Shown here piece after piece: positions 7,164 through 14,850 of a DNA stretch of 20,000 bases. Made by a program: the position numbers and the translations under genes. Origin of the DNA: an uncultured virus (IMG/VR IMGVR_UViG_3300037466_004244) (lineage: Duplodnaviria; Heunggongvirae; Uroviricota; Caudoviricetes). Positions within the stretch are counted from its first letter, which is position 1. Every line of letters begins with the position of its first letter. Location: the IMG/VR virus record IMGVR_UViG_3300037466_004244; one strand, given 5' to 3'. The notes below the pieces were generated by a model that did no database searches, was not told where the DNA came from, and saw nothing but the letters and a program-made list of their open reading frames with translations.

Positions 7164-7595
7164 TCACGATCCCTCTCGCTGCCGGGGGCAGGGCTTCGCC
7201 GCCCGCTTCCGCAGCGGATCCGGCAGATCCGCCGCGTCAACGATCTCGCGGACGCTCGCAACCTGCTGGTTGAGGAGCTTCTGACAGGCGCGCTGCCAGC
7301 GCCGAAACTCGGCGCGCATCTCGCGCTCCTGGCGGGCGGCCCACTTCTGGCCCGTCCCACAAAGAGCAGCACGCGTGCCACGATGCTCGGCGAGAAGGAG
7401 GCGGGCGATCCTCGCGTTCCGGACGACGTCCTCGGCGAGCAGGGGTCCCGGGATCCCCCAGAGGTTTACGCCGTACGGCCAGTCTCCGTACTCCCATGAC
7501 GCCGAGTAAAGACGCGCATGGGCGCGCTCCTTCTCGGCGGCATCCGCTTCGGCGATGAGGCGCTCGATGAAAGCGTGGCGGCGGTCGGTGCTCAT
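7164..7595 (-). CDS. Hypothetical helical protein (143 aa)
   Basis: MSTDRRHAFIERLIAEADAAEKE...; lies downstream of the promoter at 7635-7663. Confidence 0.6.
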   Translation of the reverse strand: MSTDRRHAFIERLIAEADAAEKERAHARLYSASWEYGDWPYGVNLWGIPGPLLAEDVVRNARIARLLLAEHRGTRAALCGTGQKWAARQEREMRAEFRRWQRACQKLLNQQVASVREIVDAADLPDPLRKRAAKPCPRQREGS

Positions 7596-7634
7596 GTGGG
7601 GCCCCGTCGGGCGGCAGGCGCCTTCGACATTGCC

Positions 7635-7678
7635 ACTATTACGCGCTTGCGAAACACCGTCAATACGAACGTGCGAAA
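7635..7678 (-). promoter_or_regulatory. Leftward promoter with direct-repeat operator
   Basis: Minus strand TTGACG-17 nt-AATAGT. TGCGAAA is repeated at 7648-7654 and 7672-7678, flanking the -35. Confidence 0.6.
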
Positions 7679-7737
7679 TAGTTGCGGCAGGCGACCAGCG
7701 TCGCACCCGGCTACGCTCGCACCCCCACCGAGGCCCC

Positions 7738-8004
7738 ATGGGCGTCCGCGTCGAAGACATCGTCGCCACCACCGACAAGGACACCAGTTCGGGCGTCCTC
7801 ACCCGCTCCGTCCACGTCCGGCAGGACGAGGTCTACAGCGCCGCGGAGTGGTCCGCCGTCCGGAGCGCGGCGGCGACGTCCCTGGCCGCGCTCGACGCGT
7901 GGTACGCGGGGCTGCAGGACACGGCGCGGAAGAACTGGTGGGCGGGGTTGCCGACGGCGACGCGGGAGCAGTTGCGGCAGGCGGTTTTGACGTTGGCGCC
8001 GTAG
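7738..8004 (+). CDS. Hypothetical protein (88 aa)
   Basis: GAGG SD before ATG 7738; GC3-rich; MGVRVEDIVATTDKD... Confidence 0.65.
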   Translation: MGVRVEDIVATTDKDTSSGVLTRSVHVRQDEVYSAAEWSAVRSAAATSLAALDAWYAGLQDTARKNWWAGLPTATREQLRQAVLTLAP

Positions 8005-8017
8005 GGGGCGCCGCAGG

Positions 8018-8046
8018 TTGACGTACGGTGGCGTCAGCGGTAGTGT
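8018..8046 (+). promoter_or_regulatory. sigma70-type promoter
   Basis: TTGACG-17 nt-TAGTGT. Confidence 0.65.
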
Positions 8047-8117
8047 GTGGAACGGGCCGTAACGGCTTGTGATTGCTCAACAACTACTCGTTCCACGAGT
8101 ACAGACGGGAGTACCAC

Positions 8118-8375
8118 ATGCGTGAAAAGAACTACGCCTACGCCGAGGCCGAGGCACGCGTCCTCGGGCAACAGGGGCACGCCTTCTTCGCTGAGATGGG
8201 CCGCACCCTGCTCTTCGCGGAGTCGCGCATCGCGACGAGCCCGAACCCGCGGAAGGAGCGCCTCGAGGTCGTGAACGAGGCGCTTCAAACGTTCGAGGTC
8301 GAGAAGGTGCCCGACGTCCTGCACCAGGTGCACGCCCGCCTCTGCGCCTCCCAGGATGTTCTGTCCGCGAAGTAG
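8118..8375 (+). CDS. Hypothetical protein, monocistronic moron (85 aa)
   Basis: GGGAG SD and its own promoter; MREKNYAYAEAEARVLG... Confidence 0.7.
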   Translation: MREKNYAYAEAEARVLGQQGHAFFAEMGRTLLFAESRIATSPNPRKERLEVVNEALQTFEVEKVPDVLHQVHARLCASQDVLSAK

Positions 8376-8379
8376 CGCC

Positions 8380-8694
8380 TCACCCCACCAACACCCGCCA
8401 AGCCCCCCACACCCGCCCCGCCAGCGTCGGCCGGGGCCTCGGCCGCAACCCCGGCTCGATCTGCCGCGCGGCGTCGAGGACCGCATCGGCGCCGAGCGAC
8501 GCCGTGAGCAGGTACCCGCGCGCCCGCAGCATCCACGCGCGGGCCTCGCCGTCCGTCGTGTCGCGGAGGCACGCGTCGAGATCCGCGATGGCGCGGCTGC
8601 TCTCGGTGCGGGCCGTGACGAGCTCGGCGATCGTCGTCCGGAACGCGCGGGGGAGCGACGGCTGGCGAGGGTCAGTGTGTGCGTCGGCCGTCAT
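8380..8694 (-). CDS. Hypothetical helical protein
   Basis: MTADAHTDPRQPSLPRAFRTTIAELV...; coding-like composition. Confidence 0.6.
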   Translation of the reverse strand: MTADAHTDPRQPSLPRAFRTTIAELVTARTESSRAIADLDACLRDTTDGEARAWMLRARGYLLTASLGADAVLDAARQIEPGLRPRPRPTLAGRVWGAWRVLVG

Positions 8695-8705
8695 GGGAAC
8701 CGGTA

Positions 8706-8930
8706 TCACGCCGGATCGTCGGCACCGAGCCTCAACCGCCACGCGACACACCGCACCTCGAGCAGCGGCACTCCGTCCAGCGCGCACGCAAACCCGGGCG
8801 GGAGCGAGGCGAGGCGTTCGGCCTGCTCGGGGGTCAGGTGACGGAGGTCGACCGGAAATGCGTCACTCGTTGACGAACGCACGACGCGTGCCGGCGAATG
8901 GGGCGCGAAGAGGAGGGGGCGGCGGGGCAT
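8706..8930 (-). CDS. Hypothetical protein
   Basis: 74 aa, with the C-rich start seen in neighbouring genes; start position uncertain. Confidence 0.4.
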   Translation of the reverse strand: MPRRPLLFAPHSPARVVRSSTSDAFPVDLRHLTPEQAERLASLPPGFACALDGVPLLEVRCVAWRLRLGADDPA

Positions 8931-8963
8931 GTGGGGGTGGGGTGCAAGGGGTGGGCCACGGGG

Positions 8964-9161
8964 TCAGGCGTCGGGGTCTCCGTCGCAGTCCTCGTCGTGC
9001 TCCGGATCGTCGTGCCAACAGGTGAAGCAGAACGGCGACTGCGGGAGCGGTCTGCCACGCTCCATCGTCAGGAAGAACGATGCGCCGCACCGAGAGCAGC
9101 GGACGAGGCCGCCAGTGCGGAAGATGTCGGGGTCGCGATGCCGCTCGGTCACATCAGCCAT
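8964..9161 (-). CDS. Small Zn-finger protein
   Basis: CSRC...CFTC and an acidic tail; GAGGTG SD; overlaps the upstream stop. Confidence 0.65.
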   Translation of the reverse strand: MADVTERHRDPDIFRTGGLVRCSRCGASFFLTMERGRPLPQSPFCFTCWHDDPEHDEDCDGDPDA

Positions 9162-9483
9162 TCGCCACCTCGGCAAGCAGACGCAGGGCGGCGAGGCGGT
9201 CCGCGTGGTTGTGCTTGAACAGCAGCCATTCCCACGCGCGGTGAGTCGTGACGCCCGCGTGTTCGGCGGCGACGCGGACGATCTCGCAGGAGTCGGCTGG
9301 GAGCCATGCCCATCCGTCGGGAACAGGTCCGGATTCCCAGAGCACGCGGTCGGGGGAAGGCATCGGGCGCGGCTCCCGGTCCGGTTGAACCAGCCACCCC
9401 GGCCCCGCGCACCCCGCGAGCGCGTGACGGACGGCGGGAGGGAGGGCGAGGAGGGCGGCGATTTCGTCGGGATGCGGGGTCAC
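9154..9483 (-). CDS. Hypothetical protein
   Basis: GTGA overlap, strong SD, 109 aa. Confidence 0.7.
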   Translation of the reverse strand: MTPHPDEIAALLALPPAVRHALAGCAGPGWLVQPDREPRPMPSPDRVLWESGPVPDGWAWLPADSCEIVRVAAEHAGVTTHRAWEWLLFKHNHADRLAALRLLAEVANG

Positions 9484-9782
9484 TCCTCACCTCCCAGGAT
9501 CAGCCGCAGTCCACTCAGGGGCGCCGCCGGCATCGGCATGGCGTGGTCGTCTCGCCATTCCCATCGTGTCGTGCCCCACGTCCATGGCTTCCACCACACG
9601 GCGGCAGAAACGCGACGCCCGGGGCGAGGGTCATCCCAGCCCTTGCCGCCGCACTCGGGGCAGAGAAAGACGTTGGCGGGCGAACAGTTCGGCGCCCGCG
9701 TCGTCCCCTCCGTGTACAACTCTCCGTGGCGACACGTCGTGCACCGGACGCGCATGGCCCACGTTTCCGGCGCTGGCCTCAC
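9480..9782 (-). CDS. Zn-finger protein (DnaJ-type CxxCxGxG motif)
   Basis: CTTCRHG...CPECGGKG; GTGA overlap and GGAGG SD. Confidence 0.65.
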   Translation of the reverse strand: MRPAPETWAMRVRCTTCRHGELYTEGTTRAPNCSPANVFLCPECGGKGWDDPRPGRRVSAAVWWKPWTWGTTRWEWRDDHAMPMPAAPLSGLRLILGGEE

Positions 9783-10588
9783 GTCGTCACCTCCGGCCAC
9801 GGCAGCACCAGCCCATCCCCGTCCGCGAGCGCGTAGCCCGCGGCGAGCGCAGCACGGTCGGCGAGGGAGCGGCCGAGGTCGCCGGTTTCGGGGCCGCACG
9901 CGACGACTCGGCCGCGGGCATACAGGGTCCAGCCTGGCGTCCAATTGCCGGACGCCGGACGGTTCCCGTTCGGCCCGACGTAGCAGACGACCCACCCTTC
10001 ATCGTCGGGTGACACCCGCATGGAGCAGTCGTCGGAGATCGTCCACTCGCCCGCAACGCCGACGATCGACCCCAACCCCCTCGCCACCCTCCACGCCGAG
10101 CACGCCAGCAACCCCGGCGACCACTCCGGCCGAGTCTGTCCGCCTTCGCCCGTCGGGAGCCAGCGGAAGACGTCGGCGGGAGGGCGGAGGTAGCCGGTGC
10201 CAGCGCACCACGAGCACACCGTCGGCGACCCGGAAACATGCTCCTCGGGAACGTCTGCCGCGCGAGGGCACTTCTCTCCTGCCGCCAGCGCGACTGCGAG
10301 GGCGTACCGTCCGGAGCGGTGGGTGAGGTCGAGGAAGAGGTCGGCGATGCGGACCTGATTGCTTGCGCCACGATCGCGCCGCTCATCGCCCCACGGCTCG
10401 AACCAGTGGTAGTCCACCATTGCGACGCGCTTCGGCGCTTCGGGCCGATCGGAGAGGATGTAGTGGACCGACGCCGTGACGTCGTAGCCTTCTGCGGGCT
10501 TGTGCCACGGCGGCGGCGCATGAACCCGCACCCCCTCCAGATCCATGGGCACGAGCGTCGCGGGGATGCGGTCGGTGGGTGGGGTCAT
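9779..10588 (-). CDS. Hypothetical protein with CxxCxGxG motif (269 aa)
   Basis: MTPPTDRIPATL...CSWCAGTGYL; ATGA overlap with the upstream mini-ORF. Confidence 0.7.
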   Translation of the reverse strand: MTPPTDRIPATLVPMDLEGVRVHAPPPWHKPAEGYDVTASVHYILSDRPEAPKRVAMVDYHWFEPWGDERRDRGASNQVRIADLFLDLTHRSGRYALAVALAAGEKCPRAADVPEEHVSGSPTVCSWCAGTGYLRPPADVFRWLPTGEGGQTRPEWSPGLLACSAWRVARGLGSIVGVAGEWTISDDCSMRVSPDDEGWVVCYVGPNGNRPASGNWTPGWTLYARGRVVACGPETGDLGRSLADRAALAAGYALADGDGLVLPWPEVTT

Positions 10589-10650
10589 CGACGCACGCAC
10601 GAGCAGGGCAGGCCGAAGAACACGAGGCAGCGGGGGCGGTGGACGATCAT
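10585..10650 (-). CDS. 21-aa Cys/His mini-protein
   Basis: MIVHRPRCLVFFGLPCSCVRR; GGAGG SD; ATGA overlaps at both ends. Confidence 0.6.
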   Translation of the reverse strand: MIVHRPRCLVFFGLPCSCVRR

Positions 10651-11090
10651 CGTTCCTCCGTGGGCGTGAGGGTGGAGAGGGCGCGGCGGAGGTCGCCGAG
10701 CGTGATCTCGATCTCGCGGTCGCCACACCCGCTGCTCGCGATGACGGTCCAGTCCGGCTTGTCGGCGTCAAAGGCACGGACGAACATGGCGAACGGTGCG
10801 AGGGCTTCGCGCATCCGCTCCCATTCCCGCGCAAGCGCCGGGCCCATGGTGCGGGAGGCGGCGATGAAGGCGGCGTCAGGCCCGAAGACGTCGATGTCGG
10901 GGCTGTACTCGCCGCCCGCCGAGCCGTCGCTGTGGACGCGCATCTCGCCGCTGTAGAGCCCGTCGTCCTCGCCCGTGGGGTCGCCTCCGGTTCGGCGTTC
11001 GCGCCACTCCCACGGCCCCTCCGTCGCCCGCTCGGACTGCTCGAGGTAGGCGCGGACGGATTCGGGGGTGAGGGGGTTGGTCGGGGTCAC
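10647..11090 (-). CDS. Ead/Ea22-like phage protein
   Basis: ERATEGPW...DAAFIAASRT signature; GTGA overlap. Confidence 0.75.
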   Translation of the reverse strand: MTPTNPLTPESVRAYLEQSERATEGPWEWRERRTGGDPTGEDDGLYSGEMRVHSDGSAGGEYSPDIDVFGPDAAFIAASRTMGPALAREWERMREALAPFAMFVRAFDADKPDWTVIASSGCGDREIEITLGDLRRALSTLTPTEER

Positions 11091-11299
11091 GTCGTCTCCT
11101 TCTTCACAGCCTTCTTCCACCGCTTCGCCTTCGCCAGCCGCTCCGCGCCGATCGTCGCCGGCTTCTCGCCCGTCGCGTTGGCCTCGTCGCGGATGTTCTG
11201 CGCGAGCTCGGGCTTGAGGTTCAGGGTCAGCCGGTAGCGGTTGCCCTGCCGGTTGAACCCGTCCAGCGGCGGGAGCGGGCTGGGCTTCGGTTTCGTCAT
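11087..11299 (-). CDS. Small basic RHH-like regulator
   Basis: YRLTLNLKPELAQNIRDEANATGEKPATI; first gene of the leftward operon; extended -10 TGGTACGCT 6 nt upstream of ATG. Confidence 0.6.
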   Translation of the reverse strand: MTKPKPSPLPPLDGFNRQGNRYRLTLNLKPELAQNIRDEANATGEKPATIGAERLAKAKRWKKAVKKETT

Positions 11300-11305
11300 G
11301 GGGCG

Positions 11306-11349
11306 AGCGTACCACGGGGGCGGTTGGATAGCCACAAGATAGCTACAAG
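11306..11349. promoter_or_regulatory. Divergent control region with tandem 11-bp repeat
   Basis: ATAGCCACAAG/ATAGCTACAAG at 11328-11349; leftward extended -10 at 11306-11314. Confidence 0.6.
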
Positions 11350-11405
11350 AAACGTGTGGACGCTCGGGCGTTCGGCGTGGTAGAGGGGGAGGGTAGGAGC
11401 GACAC

Positions 11406-11837
11406 ATGGCAGATCACTGCGCCCACCTCGAATCCATCGCCGAGCGGCTGGAGGATGCCGCCGAGACGGGGCTCACCGCGCACGAGACCGCAGCACTCGC
11501 CGCGCGCATTCGGCGCATGCTTGAGCCTGCCGCTCCCGGGGCGATCTCCCCCGAAGCCCGCCGCGCCTTCCTCGCGTCGAGCCTCCTCGACCACAGGGGT
11601 GCGCTCACGACGAGCATGATCAGCACGCTCCTCAACCGCGGCATCGACTATGTCTGGCAGATGGCGGAGCGCCCCACCGGCTACAAGGCGGGTGAGCGCA
11701 ACGGGTTCATCCGGCTTCCAGGCGTCGGGCGCGTGACCTACGACGCATGCCTCGCGCTGTTGATGGCGCACGGGTGCTCGTTCGGGATGGCGGACGATCC
11801 GGACGTCGTCGCGCTGCGGGCCGAGGGTGCCCGATGA
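11406..11837 (+). CDS. Stand-alone RNA polymerase alpha-CTD-like protein
   Basis: LTTSMISTLLNRGIDYVWQMAER...FIRLPGVGRVTYDACLALLMAHGCSFGM aligns by eye to E. coli RpoA CTD [23 protein letters not shown]...[33 protein letters not shown] SD. Confidence 0.72.
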   Translation: MADHCAHLESIAERLEDAAETGLTAHETAALAARIRRMLEPAAPGAISPEARRAFLASSLLDHRGALTTSMISTLLNRGIDYVWQMAERPTGYKAGERNGFIRLPGVGRVTYDACLALLMAHGCSFGMADDPDVVALRAEGAR

Positions 11838-12118
11838 TCAGGCCCATCTCCCCCAGCGTCATGGACGCCCCGCCGCCGAACCTCGACCCCCACATCGAGC
11901 GCATCAACGCCGCGCTCGCCCGCCCGTGGACCGCCAGCGAGAAAGCGCACGGCCGGTCGATCGGGAGCCTCGGCCCGGATCAGGCGACACAGGAGGCGGT
12001 CGCGGCGGCCTTCCGTCGCGAGGGATGGAGCGTCGAGTACCTGTCGTCGCCTCGGCCGGATGACGGGTGCTGGACCTTCAAGCGGGCGATCGGGGCTGGT
12101 GTGTCGAGGGATTGCTGA
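11834..12118 (+). CDS. Hypothetical protein
   Basis: ATGA overlap; ...VAAAFRREGWSVEY...WTFK. Confidence 0.7.
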   Translation: MIRPISPSVMDAPPPNLDPHIERINAALARPWTASEKAHGRSIGSLGPDQATQEAVAAAFRREGWSVEYLSSPRPDDGCWTFKRAIGAGVSRDC

Positions 12119-12435
12119 TGACCCCCACCCGCCTCACCATGATCCGCACCATCGCCGCGAACTGCCGCGCGTCGGCCCGCCAGATCACGGGCCCGACGGC
12201 CGAGCAGCTGAACGTGGCGGCGGACGTGATCGGGGAGTTGATCGAGGAGACGACGCTGCTCGACCGGGTGAGGGCTCACCTCGGCGATCCTCTCGCGCAC
12301 CTACGTCTCGACCTGAACAGCGAGACGACCCGCTGGGTGCTCTGGACGCGCGAGCAATGGCGCCTCCCCCAGAAGTACGAAGGCGCCACCGAAGCCGAGG
12401 CCCTCGTTGCGGCCCTGGAGGCTCCCCGTGGCTGA
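12118..12435 (+). CDS. Hypothetical protein
   Basis: TGATG overlap; ends GATEAEALVAALEAPRG. Confidence 0.7.
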   Translation: MTPTRLTMIRTIAANCRASARQITGPTAEQLNVAADVIGELIEETTLLDRVRAHLGDPLAHLRLDLNSETTRWVLWTREQWRLPQKYEGATEAEALVAALEAPRG

Positions 12436-12681
12436 CGTCGTCTACGCCGACAACCGCTGGCACTTCAACGCCCCATGGTGGTCCCGGCTCATTCGCCCCC
12501 GCTACGTCATCGTCCGGATGCCATTGCCTCGTGGTGGCGAGGAACGGCGCGACCGAGCCCGCCTGCTCGTGCTGCCGTGGCGCTGGTTGGCCGAGACGGT
12601 CTACTTCCTGACGCGCCCGCGAGCGACGTGGGCCAGCGGGTGGGTGGTCGAGATGCGCAGAATTTCGGAGGCTCCCCGTGG
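12417..12681 (+). repeat. 15-bp direct repeat GGAGGCTCCCCGTGG at consecutive gene junctions
   Basis: Identical copies at 12417-12431 and 12667-12681. Confidence 0.85.
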
Positions 12682-12685
12682 ATAG
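12428..12685 (+). CDS. Trp/Arg-rich hypothetical protein
   Basis: GTG start with GGAGG SD; bounded by a 15-bp direct repeat. Confidence 0.65.
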   Translation: MADVVYADNRWHFNAPWWSRLIRPRYVIVRMPLPRGGEERRDRARLLVLPWRWLAETVYFLTRPRATWASGWVVEMRRISEAPRG

Positions 12686-13142
12686 GCCGACGCTCTACCT
12701 GACCAACTTCGCCAGCCGCAAGCCGCCGTTTCGCGGGCCCGGTCGCCTCTGGACCGCGATGGCCCGCCCGCGCCCGCAGTACGGCGAGTGCGGAGAGGGG
12801 GCGGTGCCGCTGCTGATCCCCACAGGGCGCGAAGTTGAGATGATGACCCGCGCCGTGACGCTCCGAGGCACGCCGGAGGGTCGCGGCATCGCAGCCGACT
12901 ACCGGGCGGTCATCGAGGGCCGTTGGCGCGACATTGGTGCGTCGGGGTTCGCGTCGCCCCTGCTGACGGCGTGGAGCGGCACCAACGCCTACGCGGTGAA
13001 GAGCGGCGACACCGTCTGCTGCGCCTGCGCCCGGTCGGAGCGCGCGGCGGGGCGGTGCCATCTCGCGTGGGCGGTGCCGTTCCTCGTGCGCGCGGGGTGG
13101 CGGGTGGTGCTCGACGGGGAGGAGGTGCGTGATGGCGGGTGA
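12678..13142 (+). CDS. DUF488-like protein
   Basis: LYLTNF...PLLIP...DY...TVCCAC...GRCHLAWAVPFLVRAG matches the DUF488-type L.C...CHR pattern, with Leu in place of Arg. Confidence 0.55.
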   Translation: MDRPTLYLTNFASRKPPFRGPGRLWTAMARPRPQYGECGEGAVPLLIPTGREVEMMTRAVTLRGTPEGRGIAADYRAVIEGRWRDIGASGFASPLLTAWSGTNAYAVKSGDTVCCACARSERAAGRCHLAWAVPFLVRAGWRVVLDGEEVRDGG

Positions 13143-13362
13143 GGGGGTGGTGACGATGGCGGGGCACAAGGCGGTCGAGGGGAGCGAGGCGGCGCGGTTG
13201 CTCCAGAGCGCCGTGGAGTGGCTCAACTGTGCCACGGCGAACGAAGCGTCCGGCTGGACAGGCTGGGCGCGCGGCGATCGGGGGGACGCGGAGAGAGACA
13301 TCGCCCGCGCCCTCACCGCCCCCGGCTACGTCTCGGCGGCGGGGGAGGTGAGTGGTGGGTGA
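13132..13362 (+). CDS. Hypothetical protein
   Basis: GGAGG SD; overlaps its neighbours. Confidence 0.55.
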   Translation: MAGEGVVTMAGHKAVEGSEAARLLQSAVEWLNCATANEASGWTGWARGDRGDAERDIARALTAPGYVSAAGEVSGG

Positions 13363-13747
13363 CGCATGCCTCGAATCGCCGCCGTGGTTGAGTCTTGATC
13401 TCCCCCTGGACCTCATCTGGGCGATCTGGCGCCTTGACCGCGAGGCGTCCGCTGGGATTGCAGGCCCGTGGGAGCGGCACATTCCTGCCGTGTCGTTCCG
13501 CAGGCGCCATCGGGGGCACGTGGATGGCGACGACGCGTGCCAGGCGCTCGCTCTCCGCTGGGGCAAGCGGTGGCGGGCGTGGGTTCGGATGGATGGGGAC
13601 TTTCCGATCTGCGTGCCGTGGTCGCAGAAGGGAGTGCGCCCGCGCTGGGACCCATTCCTGTTCAACTCACGAGAGGAGGCGGAGGCGTGGTGCGACCAGC
13701 GGCTCCGGGCGGCGGCAATCAGACTCGTCGGAGACGCTGATGGCTGA
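13355..13747 (+). CDS. Trp-rich hypothetical protein
   Basis: GGAGG SD; C-terminal FNSREEAEAWCD. Confidence 0.6.
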   Translation: MGDACLESPPWLSLDLPLDLIWAIWRLDREASAGIAGPWERHIPAVSFRRRHRGHVDGDDACQALALRWGKRWRAWVRMDGDFPICVPWSQKGVRPRWDPFLFNSREEAEAWCDQRLRAAAIRLVGDADG

Positions 13748-13844
13748 CTCCCTGACCCGCCCCCTCGACCGCGTCCTCGTGTTCGCCCCGCAAGCCGACC
13801 CCGACACGCTCGCCCGCCTGCGCGCCGCCGGGGTCAGGTGGTAA
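13740..13844 (+). CDS. 34-aa ORF (possibly N-terminal half of a frameshifted gene)
   Basis: GGAG SD; MADSLTRPLDRVLVFAPQADPDTLARLRAAGVRW. Confidence 0.45.
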   Translation: MADSLTRPLDRVLVFAPQADPDTLARLRAAGVRW

Positions 13845-14089
13845 CGGAGATGCCCGCGACGGTGCCGGACTACGTCGTGATGCCGGACGGGCTGTCGCTG
13901 CTGGAGCAGATCCGGCTGGTGGAGGCGGTGGGGCCGGTGCTCCCGGTCGCGGGGCCGGTTGTCCACGAGCCAGAGCCGGAGCCGCCGCTGTTCGAGGGGC
14001 TGACGTGGGGCCCGCAGAAGCGCAGGTCGTTCGGGCCGCGCGAGCTCGTGGTGAAGGGGGCGGCGGCGAGGAGGAAGGATGACGCGTGA
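13838..14089 (+). CDS. Hypothetical protein (possibly C-terminal half of a frameshifted gene)
   Basis: 83 aa, GC3-rich, overlaps the next start. Confidence 0.55.
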   Translation: MVTEMPATVPDYVVMPDGLSLLEQIRLVEAVGPVLPVAGPVVHEPEPEPPLFEGLTWGPQKRRSFGPRELVVKGAAARRKDDA

Positions 14090-14480
14090 CCTCGTGCTCT
14101 GCATTGACGACGACGGCGACCGCTACGAGCGGTTCGTCCCGCTCTGCCGCGAGCGCGAGTGGCTCCCGCTGATCACGGACGAGCCGGCGGCAGCCGGGCT
14201 CTACCTCCGCGAGTACGGCGACCGCATCGTCGGCGTCTGCCTCGACCACGACATGCGCGAGCGGAACGGCGTGTGGTTCGCCCGGTCGCTGCTCGCCGAG
14301 CGGTCGTTCCCGGTCGCGATCGTGTCCGCGAACGTCGTGGGCGCGGAGAACATCGCCCGGGTGCTGACGGACTACGGCGTGATGTGGCTGAAGGCGCCCG
14401 CGTCGCACGACTCGACAGCGCCGCGGGGGCGGTGGGAGGCGCAGGCGGCGGCGTTCTTCGAGGGGCACTGGGATGGCTGA
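14079..14480 (+). CDS. Stand-alone receiver domain, cyclic-phosphate-processing (cREC) type
   Basis: VLCIDDD...VCLDHDM...NG...IVSANVVGAENI. LDHD and S-x-N-x-x-G are the hallmarks of the cREC_REC family. Confidence 0.75.
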   Translation: MTRDLVLCIDDDGDRYERFVPLCREREWLPLITDEPAAAGLYLREYGDRIVGVCLDHDMRERNGVWFARSLLAERSFPVAIVSANVVGAENIARVLTDYGVMWLKAPASHDSTAPRGRWEAQAAAFFEGHWDG

Positions 14481-14850
14481 TCGGCCCTACTACACGCCGG
14501 GCGGATGGAGCGCCGTGGGCAGCGAACCGGGCGGGTGCTGTCCGGTCGAGGCACACGGCACGCTCAACTGCGGCCCGTTCGACGTCTTCACCCGGCACTG
14601 GCACTTCCGCGCGCGGTGGGACCGCTGGACGCTCGCGATCGGGAAGCCGGACCCCGACTGGCCGGGCCTCGTCCGGCAGCCGGAAGAGTTCGTGGTCACG
14701 GCGACGTTCGGCGAGGCGGGAGGCTTCGACGCGAGCAGCATGCCGGACGACGTGGCGCGGGTCTGCATCCTGTACGCGCTTGACCTGTGGGCCACCCGGA
14801 AGCCCCGGCCGGCGGTGCTGGACCTTGGAACATGGCCGCCGAATGCCTGA
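14473..14850 (+). CDS. Hypothetical protein (CPxxAxG...FRAR motif)
   Basis: GCCPVEAHGT...WHFRARWDRWTLAIG; coupled to its neighbours. Confidence 0.7.
   Translation: MADRPYYTPGGWSAVGSEPGGCCPVEAHGTLNCGPFDVFTRHWHFRARWDRWTLAIGKPDPDWPGLVRQPEEFVVTATFGEAGGFDASSMPDDVARVCILYALDLWATRKPRPAVLDLGTWPPNA

Noticed and set aside
14079..14480. Two-component response regulator system
   Set aside because: No kinase or output domain, and the LDHD and SAN motifs fit the cREC type better.
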